In this document: piece after piece, positions 51,421-60,137 of the stretch
Layout of the letters: the number at the start of each line of letters is the position of its first letter
Numbering within the stretch: position 1 is the stretch's first letter
Assembly (NCBI GenBank): GCA_051881815.1
Contig: JBJEQP010000038.1
Span: 820-64,819, forward strand
Source: Oscillospiraceae bacterium
Lineage (GTDB): Bacteria; Bacillota; Clostridia; Oscillospirales; Ruminococcaceae
Direction: 5' to 3'
DNA: 64,000 bases
Notes under the pieces: model-generated
Told to the model about the DNA's origin: nothing
The model's input: only the letters and a program-made list of their open reading frames with translations
Databases searched by the model: none
Program-made: the position numbers and the translations under genes

Positions 51421-52638
51421 ATGGCTTTTATTGATGTAGTTGAATGGTCGCCTAAGGATAACAGCGAATATGCGCACCGTTTTCCCCACGACAACCTCAG
51501 CACAGGAACCCAGCTTATCGTAAGGGAGTCGCAGGAGGCGGTCTTCTTCTCAAAGGGACAGATCCTCGGCAAATTCGGTCCGGGCAAGCATACTCTTTCC
51601 ACCGAGAACCTTCCCTTGCTGCGCAACCTTTTCGGAATTCCGTTCGGAGGCAAAAATCCGTTCTTTGCAGAGGTATGGTTCGTCAACAAGACAGCTCCGC
51701 TTAACATCGACTGGAAAACGACCTCGATGCGTTTTATGGATCCCGATTACGGTCAGATGATCCCTCTGGTCGCAAGCGGCAGATACGGACTAAAGGTGAG
51801 CGACGCCGAGCGCTTCCTCGTTCGTCTTGTCGGAACGATGCAGTCCTTTACGGCTCGTGAACTGACCGATCATTTTCAGGGTGCGATGATCGCAAAGACA
51901 AATTCATCAATAATGTCCTTTATGAATACGAACAGGGTCGGCATAAATCAGATAGCGGCTTATCTCGACGATCTTTCCAAGTTTATAAAAATGCCGATGG
52001 CTGAATTCTGGGAGGATTACGGATTCGATCTTGAAGGCTTCTATATCACGGGTGTCGATCTTGACACATCCACTCCCGAGGGCAGGAAGATATCGGAAGC
52101 GCTTTCCGACCGTTCCGCACAGGCTATTGCAGGCTATACATGGCAGCAGAAGCAGACCTTTGCGACCGCAAACAATGCTGCAAACAACAATTCCTCGATG
52201 GGCATTCTCGGGGTGGCAATGATGACGGGTGCTTTATCGAACGGCGGCGGAGTAAATGCCGCAATGCAGCCGCCCCCGAATAATCAGTATCAGTTCGGCA
52301 ATCAGAATATGGGAAATCCGAACTTCGGCGGTCAGAATTACACAGGAGCGCCGACTTATGCTCATGCCAGAAATGAAGTATTCTGCTCGAACTGCAGCAG
52401 AAAATTCTCTGCGACTGCGGCTTTCTGCCCTCATTGCGGAAATAAATACAATCCTTGTCCTTCCTGCGGAGCGGATAATGCGCAGAGCGCTTCAAGATGC
52501 GTTACCTGCGGAGCAATGCTCGTTTCACAGAACAGCTGCGGCGATGTTTGCGGCAAGTGCCATACGCCTGTTCAGCCGGGACTGAAATTCTGTCCGAACT
52601 GCGGCAGCAAGCTTCAGGCTGACAGCTTCAGGATGTAA
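51421..52638 (+). CDS. SPFH/Band-7 domain protein of the YdjI/COG4260 type with Q/N/G-rich linker and three C-terminal zinc ribbons
   Basis: 'FIDVVEW...LIVRESQEAVFFSKGQILGKFGPGKH...FAEVWFVNK' resembles 'virion core protein-like' SPFH proteins. C-terminus has CSNC..CPHC, CPSC..CVTC and CGKC..CPNC. AGGAGG RBS. Confidence 0.75.
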   Translation: MAFIDVVEWSPKDNSEYAHRFPHDNLSTGTQLIVRESQEAVFFSKGQILGKFGPGKHTLSTENLPLLRNLFGIPFGGKNPFFAEVWFVNKTAPLNIDWKTTSMRFMDPDYGQMIPLVASGRYGLKVSDAERFLVRLVGTMQSFTARELTDHFQGAMIAKTNSSIMSFMNTNRVGINQIAAYLDDLSKFIKMPMAEFWEDYGFDLEGFYITGVDLDTSTPEGRKISEALSDRSAQAIAGYTWQQKQTFATANNAANNNSSMGILGVAMMTGALSNGGGVNAAMQPPPNNQYQFGNQNMGNPNFGGQNYTGAPTYAHARNEVFCSNCSRKFSATAAFCPHCGNKYNPCPSCGADNAQSASRCVTCGAMLVSQNSCGDVCGKCHTPVQPGLKFCPNCGSKLQADSFRM

Positions 52639-52650
52639 AGGGGCGGCAGT

Positions 52651-53358
52651 ATGAAGAAAAACAGTAATTCGTCCTTTCTGCTTGTTATCTTCTGCTTCGG
52701 CTTGATAATTGCCGGGGGAGCTTTGTTCCTTATAAAGGATATGTTTGAAGGCAGAACGGGGACATATATTTTTACCTGCACAAGTGTGATCCTTGTTTAT
52801 ATTGCGGCTTTTCTGCCGTTTATATCGGGACTTATTTCCGGGAATACGGCACAGCTCGTTGTGAGCGGTGCGGTCTACTACAAGGGAATGTCCGCTTATG
52901 CGGTGGTTTCTGCCGCTGCGGTGTATCTTGCATTTTCGGTGATACCTTTGAAATTTGCGGTTGCGATCCAGCTTGTGGCGCTGTTCGTTTTCATTATCTA
53001 TGTCTTTATGTCGAAGGTGACATCCGATACGATAGGCGGCGTTGAAGAGGAGGAAGCGGCAAAGAAGTCGATGATCTCCGATATGCGCAGCAAGGCTTAT
53101 CAGCTCTCGCTTATGACAGAGAATCAGGACAGCAAAAAGGTCAAGGATGCGGTCAAGAGGATGAACGATGATCTGAGATATCTTTCTCCGAACGGTTCGC
53201 AGGAGGCCTATGACCTTGAATGCAGAATGTCCGCTGTTATCGACAGTATGATCTCGGACGCATATTTCCGATCGGCAGGGGTCATGTCGTCGGAAGCGCT
53301 TGAAACAAAGTTCGAGGATTTTGAATTCTTATATAAGCAGAGAAAAAATATTTATTAA
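52651..53358 (+). CDS. 4-TM membrane protein with helical cytoplasmic tail, unknown family (operon gene 2)
   Basis: Four hydrophobic helices in residues about 8-125, then a charged helical region. 12 nt after gene 1. Confidence 0.6.
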   Translation: MKKNSNSSFLLVIFCFGLIIAGGALFLIKDMFEGRTGTYIFTCTSVILVYIAAFLPFISGLISGNTAQLVVSGAVYYKGMSAYAVVSAAAVYLAFSVIPLKFAVAIQLVALFVFIIYVFMSKVTSDTIGGVEEEEAAKKSMISDMRSKAYQLSLMTENQDSKKVKDAVKRMNDDLRYLSPNGSQEAYDLECRMSAVIDSMISDAYFRSAGVMSSEALETKFEDFEFLYKQRKNIY

Positions 53359-53373
53359 GAGAGGGATAAAGCT

Positions 53374-55359
53374 ATGACTGGAAAGATATTTGAAAATTCT
53401 TCCAATATTTATCAGGATCAGGCGAAGATTCTTTTTAATTATTACAAGACCGCTGCCGAAACGATCGTATCTGCCCAGATGAAGGAGGAGCAGAACAAAG
53501 CCGATCTTATAAAGCAGCGTGATGAATGTATCCAAAATTTTAATAAAACAAAGACGATATTCATTATATCATTTATTGCCGCAGGTCTTGGATTGCTGCT
53601 CACATTTGTATTTCCTTTTTTTGGACTGGTGTTTGTAGCAGGTCTTGTTGTCGGCATTATTAATGTTGTCAAAAATCAAAAGATGAAAAGGTCAACGGAG
53701 GATTTTGAAAAGCTTATCAAAGAATCGGATCAGCGATATGCAAATATCAGAATGGATTACAAGGTAGATAAGATCGGCGTTGTGTATGTACCCGTTGCAA
53801 CGAGAGTGCCTTTCGAGGATCAGAGCTTTGTGCTTGACCATACGGGTGAAACGACCGACACGGGCTTCAAGCTTACGGTTTTAAGGCAGCCCGATGAGTT
53901 CCAGGATTCTGTTCGTCAGCTCACCGAAACGCTTGATACGCTCCCTGTTGTCGAGGACAACGATCAGACCGAATCTATCAACACATCGGAGTATTCTACC
54001 TCCGTTCAGTCGCTTACACTTAACGATTATATGGGAAATATTGACCGTCAGGTGAGAAATATCAGCTATCTTCTCGGAGATAACGACGATGTTTCCGTTA
54101 ATATCCCCGTAATCACACCGCAGAGCAATACAGCAAACTACCTTAAAGAGTTTTCGACCGATGATACCAACGGACATCCCGTTGTAAAGGTGTTCGATGT
54201 ATCCTTTGAAGACAGACTGGAGAAGTTTGCGTCCCTCAACGCCTTAAAGGATCAGATAAAGAATTCCGATGACGCTGACAGCAATGAATATATGAAGCAT
54301 CTCATGCAGAAGATCGCCGAATCCGTTCAGCTTTTCACCCAGACAAAGGTTTCCGGCTCTGCAAAGCTTGCCGATTATACAACTTCAATTTTCAACACCG
54401 TTCTCAAAGCAGGCTATACGCAGTATTCACCGAATCTTGAAGCGGAAGAGATCGAAAGAGTACGAGCTGCCGACTTTGACTACCGTTCTTCCGTAAATGA
54501 ATACACTCCGTTCTCCCTTAAAGCAAGCTCTATCGTAAAATATGAGCTTTTCTCCAAGAGCTGGGTCGCAGAGGACGGTTCAAGAACCTCCATGCCGTTC
54601 GGTATGCACCAGATCGACGAGGAGATCTTTATGCCTGTCATTGCTGCTCTTATGGAGGAAACAAGAGTTGAAAGATTAAAGATCTACAACAACATCGAAG
54701 ATCAGAAGAGAATGTATCTTGAAAGATGGTCTTCCGAAACGGGCAATTATTTCCGTGATAACAGAAAGACCGCCGATGAGCTTATCACTCATATGCGTGA
54801 AACCTATGCCGATTATATGAATGCGTATAATATGTATAAGTCGCTCACCGATACGAGCGGTACGATGAAGCAGAGCGGCAGGCTTGAAGACGGCGAGGTC
54901 AAGGAGATAGATTCCCAGGCTGAAATGATCGCAGGCTTTGAAGCGCAGGCTGCACAATGCAACCGGCAGCAGGAAGAATTTGCCGACTTCATGGATCGCA
55001 TCCAGGAAAATATCGAAATGAGCACCCGTGAGTTCTCTCACATTGAATATTACGAGGGTTCACTCCGTGATACCGTTCCTCACGAAACAGCCGTTGCATT
55101 CTCGAATATACGCGGTCTTGATTACAGACACAGAAAGCTCGTCGGTATCAATCCTTACGTTGCAAACCGTGCGGAGCTGCCGCCCGAGCCGATAACGAGT
55201 CCCGATATCATTGAACATATCAACATCGACCTTATAAAGCAGGTCGAAGAGGATGTAGGTCAGGCTGTTGCCAATGCTGCCGATCACAGCGAAGTTCCTG
55301 CAGATGAAGCAGCAGCGACCGCCGAGCAGGATCAGGAAAAGATCCCCGTGACAGTATGA
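53374..55359 (+). CDS. 661-aa TM-hairpin protein with large acidic cytoplasmic domain, unknown family (operon gene 3)
   Basis: N-terminal helix, two adjacent TM helices ('IFIISFIAAGLGLLLTFVFPFFGLVFVAGLVVGIINVV'), then about 550 aa with no motif I recognise. Confidence 0.6.
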   Translation: MTGKIFENSSNIYQDQAKILFNYYKTAAETIVSAQMKEEQNKADLIKQRDECIQNFNKTKTIFIISFIAAGLGLLLTFVFPFFGLVFVAGLVVGIINVVKNQKMKRSTEDFEKLIKESDQRYANIRMDYKVDKIGVVYVPVATRVPFEDQSFVLDHTGETTDTGFKLTVLRQPDEFQDSVRQLTETLDTLPVVEDNDQTESINTSEYSTSVQSLTLNDYMGNIDRQVRNISYLLGDNDDVSVNIPVITPQSNTANYLKEFSTDDTNGHPVVKVFDVSFEDRLEKFASLNALKDQIKNSDDADSNEYMKHLMQKIAESVQLFTQTKVSGSAKLADYTTSIFNTVLKAGYTQYSPNLEAEEIERVRAADFDYRSSVNEYTPFSLKASSIVKYELFSKSWVAEDGSRTSMPFGMHQIDEEIFMPVIAALMEETRVERLKIYNNIEDQKRMYLERWSSETGNYFRDNRKTADELITHMRETYADYMNAYNMYKSLTDTSGTMKQSGRLEDGEVKEIDSQAEMIAGFEAQAAQCNRQQEEFADFMDRIQENIEMSTREFSHIEYYEGSLRDTVPHETAVAFSNIRGLDYRHRKLVGINPYVANRAELPPEPITSPDIIEHINIDLIKQVEEDVGQAVANAADHSEVPADEAAATAEQDQEKIPVTV

Positions 55360-55378
55360 GGCGGAGGTGAAGCAATAA

Positions 55379-56284
55379 ATGCCAAGTTTTGATTTTGTTG
55401 TTGACACAAAGCCGATGGCTGATTCTGTCGATAAGGTTTCGGGTCACGTTGACGCTACGACAGCTGCTGTTGTTGCTATGCAGGCGGCAGTTATCCGTTC
55501 GGAAGAAAAGGCTGCGGAAAAAATATGCGAAAACGTTGACAGCGGCTTTTATAACCTTATCCGCTCACAGATAAGCATGAAGCTTGCTACATATTTTACG
55601 GAAATGAACGCAAAGCTTGCACTGCTTATGGAATATGCAAAGGCGCTCGGCAAATCTAAAGATCGTATGGAAAACGATTATAATCGTTTGAGAAGAGAGT
55701 ATCTGAAGTTTTTCCGCGGACTTGACGCTTCGCTCGAAACCCGTGTTGCACAGCTGGACAAGGCTGCAATGGAGCTTGCGGATACAAGAAAAAGAGTCAT
55801 TCTCGGCAAGTTCCTTCGTGAAGTTCCCGAAACCATGACTCTTTCCGAAGAAGCAGACGCAGCGGAACAGCGCATCGTTTCGGCAAGATTAAAGAGCAAA
55901 ACGAGCAGGTCGCTGAAATTCCTCGGAAACAAGGTGCACGAGAACCTTGAATATGCTTCACTTATGGATTCTCTTATGGAGAAAAAGCCCGTTGAAAAAG
56001 AGTATGAAGAATACATCCCTGTCGTTTATTCTTCCGAGCAGAGTATGCTTATGAGCGAATCCTTCGTGCTGCAGCTCTATTACCCCGAATATCTCTCCGA
56101 CTCGGTCAAAAACAGCATTGGTCTTGATGTCCTTAATCAGATAGATTCTTTAACGGAAAAGCCTTCGCCCGAATTTGAAAAGCAGGAAATATCGAAGGAA
56201 TTCTGCAATATTGCCGCTTCCGCTCCGCTTGACCCGAGAGTTTCAAAGGTGATGATGGAGTTATTTGAAAGAGGTGGCTGCTGA
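55379..56284 (+). CDS. helical protein, unknown family, paralogue of next gene (operon gene 4)
   Basis: Shares blocks with gene 5: 'V(D/E)TxP..(D/S)SV', 'VDAxTAxVxAMxAA', 'GFYNLI', 'RLRxxY...FxGLDxxLxxR', 'IPVxY'. Confidence 0.6.
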   Translation: MPSFDFVVDTKPMADSVDKVSGHVDATTAAVVAMQAAVIRSEEKAAEKICENVDSGFYNLIRSQISMKLATYFTEMNAKLALLMEYAKALGKSKDRMENDYNRLRREYLKFFRGLDASLETRVAQLDKAAMELADTRKRVILGKFLREVPETMTLSEEADAAEQRIVSARLKSKTSRSLKFLGNKVHENLEYASLMDSLMEKKPVEKEYEEYIPVVYSSEQSMLMSESFVLQLYYPEYLSDSVKNSIGLDVLNQIDSLTEKPSPEFEKQEISKEFCNIAASAPLDPRVSKVMMELFERGGC

Positions 56285-57342
56285 TGAGCTATACCAGATC
56301 ATATTCCTCCTCCGTTACTGTAAGCGGTTCAAAATCGGTTTCTTACCCTGCGAGCCAGTACGGCGGCACGACAACCGTAAGCTACTCCGAAACTGTACCC
56401 ATTAACATTAATATCACCGTTGAAACAAGTCCGTTCGACAGCAGCGTTAACAGAGCAGGCAGAAACGTTGATGCGCTGACGGCTTCCGTTGCGGCAATGA
56501 ATGCTGCAAACTGCGCCGCTATAAAGGCAAACTCCGAGAAGGTATCTCAAAGCCTTGTCAAGGGCTTTTACAACCTTATCAACAACGATATTGCGCTGAA
56601 AAAATCGGAAAATAACAGCCAGCTTCAGTCCAAGATCGCTCTTCTCAATGCTCTCGCCAACGACACACGGGACAAACACGCAAGAATGTCCGAGGATATT
56701 GAAAGGTTAAGGGCGCACTACAATACGATATTCAAGGGACTTGACGAGGACCTTGCAAAGCGTATAAAGGAGATCGACAAGCCTGCCTTCAACCTCAGCG
56801 AAAACATCCGCAAGGGAGTTATCCTGAAGCCGTATCTTTCTATGGCGGCATCTACCGTCAGCGACGCCGATACGGATCAGCAGACAAAGAGCAGCATAAC
56901 GATAGCACGCATACGCCGCAAGGTTTCCGAGGTCATAGAAACTATGGCAGATTCGCTCGGAAAAAACCTTTTGTATCGCCGTATGATGAAGGACACCTTA
57001 TGGCATACACGGGCGGATGAAGCGGCGCCGATATATATTCCCGTTGCATATATGCTGTCGGATGGCATAAACAGCGCAGGAAAAACGGATGAATATTATT
57101 CTTCGGACAACGGCTGCAAGGATCGTATAATTTCTTCTGTAAGCTCATTCGTCCGCTCGAAGGACGGTGCTGAAGCAAGTGCTGTCCCCGAGGAAGAGCT
57201 AAAGCTCATAGATCAGGCTTTTTCAAGTATGGTCGAGGAAAGCTTTTTAAATCAGGATAACACGGACAGCTATAATGAACGCGTCTATTCCGAGATACTT
57301 CGGTTATGGCACAGCGGAAAAGCGGAACTGAAACAGATATAA
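56284..57342 (+). CDS. helical protein with S/T-rich N-terminal extension, paralogue of previous gene (operon gene 5)
   Basis: The ATG overlaps the gene 4 stop (TGATG). Same conserved blocks as gene 4. Confidence 0.6.
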   Translation: MSYTRSYSSSVTVSGSKSVSYPASQYGGTTTVSYSETVPININITVETSPFDSSVNRAGRNVDALTASVAAMNAANCAAIKANSEKVSQSLVKGFYNLINNDIALKKSENNSQLQSKIALLNALANDTRDKHARMSEDIERLRAHYNTIFKGLDEDLAKRIKEIDKPAFNLSENIRKGVILKPYLSMAASTVSDADTDQQTKSSITIARIRRKVSEVIETMADSLGKNLLYRRMMKDTLWHTRADEAAPIYIPVAYMLSDGINSAGKTDEYYSSDNGCKDRIISSVSSFVRSKDGAEASAVPEEELKLIDQAFSSMVEESFLNQDNTDSYNERVYSEILRLWHSGKAELKQI

Positions 57343-57363
57343 ATATGAATGTGGGTGAAACAA

Positions 57364-58341
57364 ATGCAGGAATTAAATGAAATAAGGATAGGGGATCAGG
57401 AGATCGTCCTTAACAATAATCTTGTAAAAACAAGTATTCTGCCGCAAGGCTCAAAAGACCTCGGCAGAAACATAAAGATCCAGGGCAACACCGTAGTTGA
57501 AGGCAGTACATTCGGCAATAATATCAGCATCAAGGACGGAAAGGTACAAATGATGGGTGCGGTGTACGCAAACAAGGAGCTTCATATCGAAAATGATATC
57601 TCGGGAACGGTAGTTTTCAACAAAGCCGTTGCAAGCGCCGAGAGCATAGCGTCTTTTGTCGTATCGGGCAGAGTTATATACGGCTCGGATGTCAACGCAC
57701 CGCAGATAAAGCTGAAAAACTGCTATATAGGCGGAAGCGTTTTCGGAGCAGAGGTGTACCTTGAAAACTGCGTAGTGCTCGGAGGAATTTTTGCGTCAAA
57801 AAGCGCTATCATTTCCGACTGTATTTTCGGAACCTTCAATGCGCCGAGCGTTGAGCTTGCAGGCGTAAACTATATGCTTTATCCTGCGGCATTTTCGGTA
57901 GAGCCGCTGACATATCTTCCGCAGGCAGAGCTTTATAACATTTCGTTGGCGCATCTCGGAGCTTTATTCAAGGGCGAAAAAGAAGATCCCAACACAGGCA
58001 AGATCAAAATGAACCTTGAAACGGACAGCCAGCGTACAGTTCTTGTCGATGAAAGCGGTGCGACCATCACGGTAAACAGCTATTCGATATCGGGAAGAGT
58101 GCTTGTTGCGGATGTGATAGACTTTGAAAAGCTGGAAAACCACTTCCTTATCGGTGCAGGAGCACTTAACAGCCAGATACTAAAGGTTTACTCCTTGACA
58201 AAGGAGGACGGAACAAGATCGGAAGAGCTTACTATCGAAAACATTTCCGAATTCTTCTTCAAAATTCTCAGCGGTGCTGTTCAGATACAGGATGTATCGG
58301 GAAATATCAGCTTCAGTGAATTGAAAAAATCATTTGAATAA
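57364..58341 (+). CDS. beta-helix repeat protein (bactofilin-like N-terminal half) with unknown C-terminal domain (operon gene 6)
   Basis: Repetitive roughly 18-20-aa units, e.g. 'IKIQGNTVVEGSTFGNNISIKDGKVQMMGAVYANKELHIENDISGTVVFNK...'. An alternative ATG lies at 57349. Confidence 0.55.
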   Translation: MQELNEIRIGDQEIVLNNNLVKTSILPQGSKDLGRNIKIQGNTVVEGSTFGNNISIKDGKVQMMGAVYANKELHIENDISGTVVFNKAVASAESIASFVVSGRVIYGSDVNAPQIKLKNCYIGGSVFGAEVYLENCVVLGGIFASKSAIISDCIFGTFNAPSVELAGVNYMLYPAAFSVEPLTYLPQAELYNISLAHLGALFKGEKEDPNTGKIKMNLETDSQRTVLVDESGATITVNSYSISGRVLVADVIDFEKLENHFLIGAGALNSQILKVYSLTKEDGTRSEELTIENISEFFFKILSGAVQIQDVSGNISFSELKKSFE

Positions 58342-58345
58342 AAAA

Positions 58346-58389
58346 AGTCCATAGAGATCCCGTATAAAGGGTTTTCTATGGACTTTTGT
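58346..58389 (+). terminator. terminator of the six-gene operon
   Basis: agtccatagag / ttctatggact stem followed by TTTT, 5 nt after the stop. Confidence 0.8.
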
Positions 58390-58491
58390 GCTGTTGAAGG
58401 AGAATGACCATGAATGTATGACAGATACAGAATATGCGTTAGATCATTCGCTGAACTTAAGGAGTTTCGCTCTACTGCCAAAGATCATTCA

Positions 58492-58665
58492 TACTAATAT
58501 CAAATCAACCGTAAGACTAAATCCTCGGATATAATAATCCAATTCTGTGTCAAGCTCCCTTGACAGGCGGCAGCCTGCCTGCGGTCGCCCTCCAAGGTAA
58601 ACAAGTTTACCTACTTGGATTATTCTATCTGTCGGCTTTGTCTATAGAACGATTTGATATTAGTA
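58492..58665 (+). repeat. structured dispersed repeat, copy 4
   Basis: 174 nt. TACTAATATCAAATC / GATTTGATATTAGTA ends, AATAATCCAA/TTGGATTATT arm, GTCAAGCTCCCTTGACAGGCGGCAGCCTGCCTGCGGTCGC core identical to copy 1 apart from one deleted base, extra AGGTAAACAAGTTTACCT hairpin. Confidence 0.85.
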
Positions 58666-58686
58666 TCAGACCTGCGGCAAGCTTTG

Positions 58687-60006
58687 TTATGATTCGTCTA
58701 AATCAAGGGTAAGCTCGATATCGACATCTCCGTCGCTTCTTGCAATGGTAAGAGTCATATTTTCTCCTGCCTTATGCTTATTCTTGATCTTTACAAGCTC
58801 ATCCATTGTGGAGATGCTTTTTCCGTCTGCCTTTACAATGACATCGCCTGCTTCAAGTCCTGCAGCTTCTGCGCATGAGCCCGGCTCAACGGATGCAACG
58901 AGAACGCCGCTGTCAACGGGGAGATTATAGTAACGCTTTACTGCGGCGGTTATCTCGGTTCCCGTGATGCCGATCTTCGGAGTTGTGTTCTTTACTTCGC
59001 CTGTTGTCATAAGCTCATTAAGGATAGGAAGCGCGTCTGTGATCGGTATTGCAAAGCCTACACCGTCAACCTCGGAGCTTGCGATCTTTGAAGAAGTTAT
59101 TCCGACAACCTGACCTATGCTGTTAAGGAGCGGACCGCCGGAGTTGCCGGGGTTGATCGCTGCATCGGTCTGGAGAAGGGTCATTGTTGCTGTGCCGCCT
59201 GCGATCTCAACACTCATTTCCTTATTCAGTCCCGAAATGATACCATCCGAAGCGGAAAGTCCAAGCCCGAGAGGATATCCGAGCGTTATAGCCTTATCGC
59301 CCATTTCAAGCACGGACGAGTCGCCGATCTCTGCAGGGGTAAGTCCGCTTGCATCAATTTTAAGAACTGCAAGGTCTGTGTTCGAGTCGCAGCCGATGAT
59401 CTTTGCTTCATATTCGGTATCGTCGCTTAATGTAACGGTGACCTTATCAGCCTTTATGACCTCGGTCTGGCTTCCGGAATTATTGAAGTTGTTATAGAAA
59501 TTATCGAAGAAATTGCTGAACGGGTCAAAACCGCCGTTGTTTATGCTTGTTCTGACTTCAGTCGTGATAACGTGCGCATTTGTAACGATATAGCCGTCTG
59601 CGCTGAACACGATGCCTGTGCCTGTGCTTGCGCCGCCTGCGGATGAAAATGCTGCGGAAACAAGGACAACGGAAGGCTTGACCTTATCAATTACATCCTT
59701 TGTTGTCATTTCGCCGCCCGTATTTGAAGCCGAGCCGAGAGCCGATACCTTGTTGGAGCTGCCGCTGTCCGAAGCTGTCGTCTGGCTCTGTGTGAAAGCA
59801 GGAGCGGTTGTCTGTACCGAAGTGCTTACGTTGTCATTTGAACGTGCAAGATATGCTCCGCCGTAACCCGATGCACCGCCGACAAGAACTACCGCAAGAA
59901 GACCTGCGATTATTTTTCCTGCGCCCGACTTCTTCGGGGGCTTCTGTTCGGGATCGTTTGGTGTGAAACCGCCGTTTGAATAAGTATAGTTATCTGAATC
60001 GTACAT
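58687..60006 (-). CDS. htrA: HtrA/DegP-family serine protease with PDZ domain, membrane anchored
   Basis: 'TNAHV', 'DLAVLKI', 'GNSGGPLLN' triad context plus a C-terminal PDZ. Start at 'MYDSDNY'; the ORF is open to 60033. Confidence 0.85.
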   Translation of the reverse strand: MYDSDNYTYSNGGFTPNDPEQKPPKKSGAGKIIAGLLAVVLVGGASGYGGAYLARSNDNVSTSVQTTAPAFTQSQTTASDSGSSNKVSALGSASNTGGEMTTKDVIDKVKPSVVLVSAAFSSAGGASTGTGIVFSADGYIVTNAHVITTEVRTSINNGGFDPFSNFFDNFYNNFNNSGSQTEVIKADKVTVTLSDDTEYEAKIIGCDSNTDLAVLKIDASGLTPAEIGDSSVLEMGDKAITLGYPLGLGLSASDGIISGLNKEMSVEIAGGTATMTLLQTDAAINPGNSGGPLLNSIGQVVGITSSKIASSEVDGVGFAIPITDALPILNELMTTGEVKNTTPKIGITGTEITAAVKRYYNLPVDSGVLVASVEPGSCAEAAGLEAGDVIVKADGKSISTMDELVKIKNKHKAGENMTLTIARSDGDVDIELTLDLDES

Positions 60007-60137
60007 ATAAATGCCGCCTTTCTGTATTTTCATCTCGGGAGTGCTGTTCCCGATTACAGTTATTATTTTAAAGCGTCAATGTGTGAATGATGTGAAATCA
60101 ATTTGAAAATGGAATAAAAGAACAAATCGCATTTTTA

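Noticed and set aside
51283-51707. Minus-strand ORFs (68 and 104 aa) at the start of the SPFH operon
   Set aside because: They overlap the operon leader and the 5' end of the SPFH gene in antisense, have no RBS, and are AT-rich-derived.
52130-52370. Q/N/G-rich segment of the SPFH protein as a prion-like or repeat feature
   Set aside because: It is a low-complexity linker between the SPFH domain and the zinc ribbons. No periodic repeat is present, so I make no specific functional claim.
58392-58530. Possible 38-codon ORF (MTDTEYALDHS...) running into repeat copy 4
   Set aside because: The GGAG lies about 15 nt from the ATG and the reading frame continues into the repeat element, so it has no support as a gene.
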